28,580 bases of DNA, taken from IMG/VR virus record IMGVR_UViG_3300031757_000376, positions 1-28,580 of that record; one strand, given 5' to 3'. This DNA comes from a virus (Duplodnaviria; Caudoviricetes). Shown here piece after piece: positions 24,789 through 28,580 of the stretch. How positions within the stretch are numbered: position 1 is the first letter of the stretch; each line of letters begins with the position of its first letter. The position numbers and the translations under genes were made by a program. The notes under the pieces are model-generated. The model saw only the letters and a list, made by a program, of their open reading frames with translations, searched no databases and was not told where the DNA came from.

Positions 24789-26381
24789 TTACATTCCTCC
24801 ATTAGGTCCTACGGGATTTCCTTCCCCTGGAACCTCATCTTCTATATTACCAGCTCCATTAGGGGCTGCTTGATCAACTGCTGCCAGTGGACTCCATTGA
24901 TACTGTCGTTGATATGTTGGTTCATTCATCAACTCTGTTTCTATCTCATCAATGTCATCATCTGTTAGCATTAAAACGTTCTTTTGTATGTAACGCTTAC
25001 TAAAAAATGTTCCGATATAAGCTGCTAATCCGTTTAATACTTCTACTCTACTTCTCAAAATCTCTTGTTCTTTAGACTCTGTATAGTAAGCATCAGTCGA
25101 AAACTCAAACTCTATATCATCTTTTATCATGTTCCAATCGTCTTCGGTTAGAACACCTTTTAGTAAACATTGCGTCTTTAATAGATCGCTTAACATAACA
25201 GCAAATTTCCTTCTTAACTTGATGATGAATTTTGTAAACTTCATTTCATCTCTGTTAATCTCAGCTGCTCTTCCAAAGTTCATACCAGCTTGTTGTTCCA
25301 AACGTGAGATAGGAATGTTCAACGATTGATATAGTTTACGTTGAAAGTATTCTACGTCTTCTATTTGCCCCAAGTTTTGACCTGCTGGCAATGTATCAAT
25401 CTGTGTTCCTGTCCCGCCTTCTCTTCTGGGTAACCAGAAGTCTTCCAACATTGACATAAACTTCTTGTCATCACGGATCTCGCCTGTATTAGCATCGTAA
25501 ACTAACTTGTTACGATAACGATCCATAATGTCTTTTAGATATTGTTCTGCCTTCATCTTCGGCAAGTTACCAACATCTACATAAAATATTCGTCTTTCAG
25601 GAGCCCTTGTAATTCTATAAATTACTACTGCGTTCTCCATCATACGAAGTTGATTTGCAGGCCTAATAGCCTTATGCAAATACGATAAAGGTATTCCTTT
25701 ATCACTATCAGTTAACCCACTAGGGGCATATGTTATAGCATCCTTTGTTATCTTCAACCCTTGTTGATTTTCAGGTGCTACATAAGCTCCAGGTTTTTGA
25801 GTTACGCCTTTATCATTATATATAAAAAACTCATTAACATCTTTAACGAACATGACTCCAGTAGGATTCTTTTCCTTACTGACTTCACGTACCTTTCTAA
25901 TCTTCCTAGGGTCTATGTATCTAATATCTACTATACCCTGTTTAGGTTTGTCAAGATCTATTACCTTATGGAAATAAATCCTACCATCTACATACCATCT
26001 TCTAAAATAATCCTGGGCTCTATCCTTAAAGTCCAGGATGTTTTTAATTTCATCAAATTCTGCAGACATCCTTTTCCTAACACTTGCTGAAAGTTGTACT
26101 TCATCAAGGTTAATTTCAACTGGAGATTCGTTCTCCAGCTGTGCCACTGACTCGTTGATTATATCTTCAACGGCGGTATCTACATCTGCCATTAAGGCTA
26201 TATCACGATACCGTTTAATCAGTTCTGCTTCAGTTTGGGCAATGCCTTCTAAGTCCATGTAGGTACCGTAGTACCCACCTGCTCGAATTGACTCTACTGC
26301 ACCATCGTCTGAAGGAGCCACGAAGCTTTTTTCGCCAAGTGGCTTCTCCTTACGTTTTATCTCAAACCCAAATAAATCCAT
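24789..26381 (-). CDS. gp20: Portal vertex protein gp20
   Basis: LFGFEI, WYVDGR, YRITRAPERRIFYVDVGNLPK and EDFWLPRREGG. Confidence 0.98.
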   Translation of the reverse strand: MDLFGFEIKRKEKPLGEKSFVAPSDDGAVESIRAGGYYGTYMDLEGIAQTEAELIKRYRDIALMADVDTAVEDIINESVAQLENESPVEINLDEVQLSASVRKRMSAEFDEIKNILDFKDRAQDYFRRWYVDGRIYFHKVIDLDKPKQGIVDIRYIDPRKIRKVREVSKEKNPTGVMFVKDVNEFFIYNDKGVTQKPGAYVAPENQQGLKITKDAITYAPSGLTDSDKGIPLSYLHKAIRPANQLRMMENAVVIYRITRAPERRIFYVDVGNLPKMKAEQYLKDIMDRYRNKLVYDANTGEIRDDKKFMSMLEDFWLPRREGGTGTQIDTLPAGQNLGQIEDVEYFQRKLYQSLNIPISRLEQQAGMNFGRAAEINRDEMKFTKFIIKLRRKFAVMLSDLLKTQCLLKGVLTEDDWNMIKDDIEFEFSTDAYYTESKEQEILRSRVEVLNGLAAYIGTFFSKRYIQKNVLMLTDDDIDEIETELMNEPTYQRQYQWSPLAAVDQAAPNGAGNIEDEVPGEGNPVGPNGGM

Positions 26382-26401
26382 ATTTTAACCCTATCCAGAG
26401 A

Positions 26402-26935
26402 CTAGCTAACTGTATACCATTGATACTGAAATGTAACAGTAAATTCCTCAATGATGTCGTTTTGTGCATATTGTAATGCAATTTCTGACATGTTTATTGG
26501 AAATGCGTCATGCAATGTGTATGTCATTAGGTTTTCATCATTTCTATCTAAATGTGTGACCTTCATCTCTGCTGAATACTGTTCAGGACTTAACCATTCT
26601 GCCTCATTGGCACCAACGCCTCCTGATAAACCTTTAGAGTTCATGTTATCCATCCACTGCTCAAAAGGTGTACGTAGACTGAATTGACTATCATTAGCTA
26701 TTGTAATGGTCCAAGGATCAAATATCCTTTCGCCTGCTAGCTTAACTTCTCTTCCACGATACTGTATGATCGCAGGGTTAACAGTTGAAGCCGGTAGGGC
26801 TGCTCCTGTAACTAAGAGTTGCTTGTCCGCATTTGGTGTACCATTCAATCCTGATGGCCAAAGTAATTCTACTTTGAATTGGTTGGGTCTCGCGCCGCCT
26901 GAACCTAGCTGTTCTTTAAATTGTGTAATATTCAT
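26402..26935 (-). CDS. gp19: Tail tube protein gp19
   Basis: GGARPNQFKV, YRGREVKLAGER.FDPWTITI and IEEFTVTFQYQW. Confidence 0.96.
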   Translation of the reverse strand: MNITQFKEQLGSGGARPNQFKVELLWPSGLNGTPNADKQLLVTGAALPASTVNPAIIQYRGREVKLAGERIFDPWTITIANDSQFSLRTPFEQWMDNMNSKGLSGGVGANEAEWLSPEQYSAEMKVTHLDRNDENLMTYTLHDAFPINMSEIALQYAQNDIIEEFTVTFQYQWYTVS

Positions 26936-26954
26936 TCTTTTCTCCTATTACTCT

Positions 26955-26962
26955 TATTTATA
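26955..26962 (-). promoter_or_regulatory. T4 late promoter TATAAATA
   Basis: Exact consensus upstream of the gp19 SD (AGGAG). Confidence 0.8.
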
Positions 26963-26964
26963 CA

Positions 26965-28580
26965 TTAACCGCCAATTTCAGAAAAGTCTACACCTGAACG
27001 GGTAGCAATAAAGTTAAGCTGTATAAAGTTGATAGCCTTCGCAGGTTTAATGAATATGTCTGCGACAAATTCGTTTCTATCAATTACTTCGCCTGTGTTA
27101 TTGCTGCTGTTACATATAACTTGGAAGTCATATATTCCTCTGCGTCCTTGAACGCCTCTTAGGAATGGTGTAAGCAAACTTGAAAACTGTGCTCTTGTAA
27201 ATGCGTCGTTAAATTCAAACAATTGGTACTTAGCTGCTGTTGACACTGCTTTTTCGATAACAATGAATAGCCTTCTAACATTAATTCTATTAAATGCTGA
27301 AGGTGCTGCTAGTAATGTTTTGTCCCCCAATAATACGATTCCGTTACCTGGATTGTTGACAACAGGGTTGACACCATCTTGGTACATATCATCTCTGTTT
27401 GCCTTTGTAGGATTAAACGCTAATTTTACTGCGTTCTTGATATGTCCTCTGTTGTATCCTGCTGGTGAGTACCACGGATCTCTAGTGCTGTCTGCGTTTA
27501 CACATAGACCTGCAATGTCTCCGTTTAATGGAACCCATCTATATACATCATTGTATCTGTCGTATTGATATTTCCAGTTCCCGTCCATTACACTATATGA
27601 TGTGGCGGATAAAGCTCCTTTATCTGCTAAAATATTTGTAACTTCTGAACCGGCGTTGTTTACACACGATGTCTGTTGTGGTGAAACAAATGCTATACAG
27701 TCTTTTCTGACTTTAGCAATATTGTCTTGTACCCACTTCGAATCAGTGTTGCCCCATGCTGCTGTCATCACTAGATTTATATCTTGTGATTCTGCGTCTG
27801 CAAATAGTGCGTAAGATGTTTGTACATCTCCGCTGTCTGGGCTGTCAGAAACTCCACCTGCCAGGCTGTCAGTAGACTCTGCTGCTGTAAATCCTGATGT
27901 GTATGCTGTTCCTGCTAAAGCTGTACCCCAAGTAGACTCTGCTGCTGGTTGATCTGTCCAACGGATATACTTAGACTGTGCATTAATCACATTCTTGTAG
28001 TAATTTGATCCGCCTTCAAGGGTCTTCGCATCAGAACCTTTGGAAACTGCTTCATATTTTTCTAATATAGTACCTACTGCTCCTGAAAATAATCCATCTT
28101 CATCAATAACAACAACGTGTAGCTCATCATTTGAGCCTGACACGATTGCAGCTGATGTGGATGTTAAAGGTGCACGGGTAAAGTTGTCTTTATAAGACCA
28201 ATCTGTTGCTAAAACGGCTGTCGCTGCTGCGCCAGTTCCGCCTCCGCCACTGAATGTAATTGCTGGTGCGCTAGAATATCCATTACCTGGATTCGTTATT
28301 ACAAGTGCTGTAACTGCTCCGCCACTTATTGTAGCTGTAGCTGTTGCTGTAATACCTGAACCTCCTGGTGCTGCAATAGCAACTGTAGGGGCTGAGCTGT
28401 AGCTCGAACCACCTGCACTAACTGTAGCCGATGCTACTGAATTAGTGTCATAGTTACTTGAATCAGCGAATGAAACTTTAAGTGAATTACCTAAAGCTCC
28501 TGGATGTTTAGCTGCCCACATACCATTAGTGCCTTGTCCTGAGCTATGGTTGTTTTCATAATCGGAATCATTAGAGATCA
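26965..28580 (-). CDS. gp18: Tail sheath protein gp18 (5' end lies outside the window)
   Basis: YDRYND.YRWVP.NGDIAGL, PWYSPAGYNRG, FNRINVRRLF and FEFND. The frame stays open from 28521 to the window edge. Confidence 0.97.
   Translation of the reverse strand, partial: ISNDSDYENNHSSGQGTNGMWAAKHPGALGNSLKVSFADSSNYDTNSVASATVSAGGSSYSSAPTVAIAAPGGSGITATATATISGGAVTALVITNPGNGYSSAPAITFSGGGGTGAAATAVLATDWSYKDNFTRAPLTSTSAAIVSGSNDELHVVVIDEDGLFSGAVGTILEKYEAVSKGSDAKTLEGGSNYYKNVINAQSKYIRWTDQPAAESTWGTALAGTAYTSGFTAAESTDSLAGGVSDSPDSGDVQTSYALFADAESQDINLVMTAAWGNTDSKWVQDNIAKVRKDCIAFVSPQQTSCVNNAGSEVTNILADKGALSATSYSVMDGNWKYQYDRYNDVYRWVPLNGDIAGLCVNADSTRDPWYSPAGYNRGHIKNAVKLAFNPTKANRDDMYQDGVNPVVNNPGNGIVLLGDKTLLAAPSAFNRINVRRLFIVIEKAVSTAAKYQLFEFNDAFTRAQFSSLLTPFLRGVQGRRGIYDFQVICNSSNNTGEVIDRNEFVADIFIKPAKAINFIQLNFIATRSGVDFSEIGG

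Noticed and set aside
1-28580. tRNAs, CRISPR arrays, introns, inteins, homing endonucleases and stop-codon recoding
   Set aside because: None is evident by eye. Core genes are uninterrupted, intergenic gaps are short, and TAA, TGA and TAG all end genes.
1-28580. Apparent lack of avoidance of restriction palindromes such as GATC, as indirect support for modified DNA
   Set aside because: This is an impression only and needs observed/expected k-mer counts, which I cannot run.

Overview
Segment of a T4-like myovirus genome, most likely from an aquatic or marine phage of a Gram-negative host. It is AT-rich and almost entirely minus-strand. Read in the direction of transcription (right to left), it holds: the structural core (gp18 partial, gp19, gp20, prohead-core positions, gp21, gp22, gp23); an accessory island (two plus-strand genes, iscU, iscA, a small basic peptide); gp3 carrying an extra cadherin-like domain; uvsY, uvsW and gp55; a ~6 kb 7-deazaguanine cluster inserted between gp55 and gp47; gp47, gp46, glutaredoxin, a SET-domain protein, peptide deformylase and a ClpP-like protease; an unannotated 41-aa secreted two-Cys peptide coupled to a TonB-dependent receptor; and a partial HEXXH/VWA (CobT-like) protein. 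The deazaguanine cluster comprises queE, two membrane microproteins, a phosphoribosyltransferase, folE, a DEDDh exonuclease, a TGT/DpdA-like transglycosylase, a DpdL-like T-fold protein, a glycosyltransferase and queD, with no queC in the window. The best candidates for an undescribed system are that cluster and the peptide/TonB-receptor pair. All family calls come from motifs recognised by eye; no searches were run.
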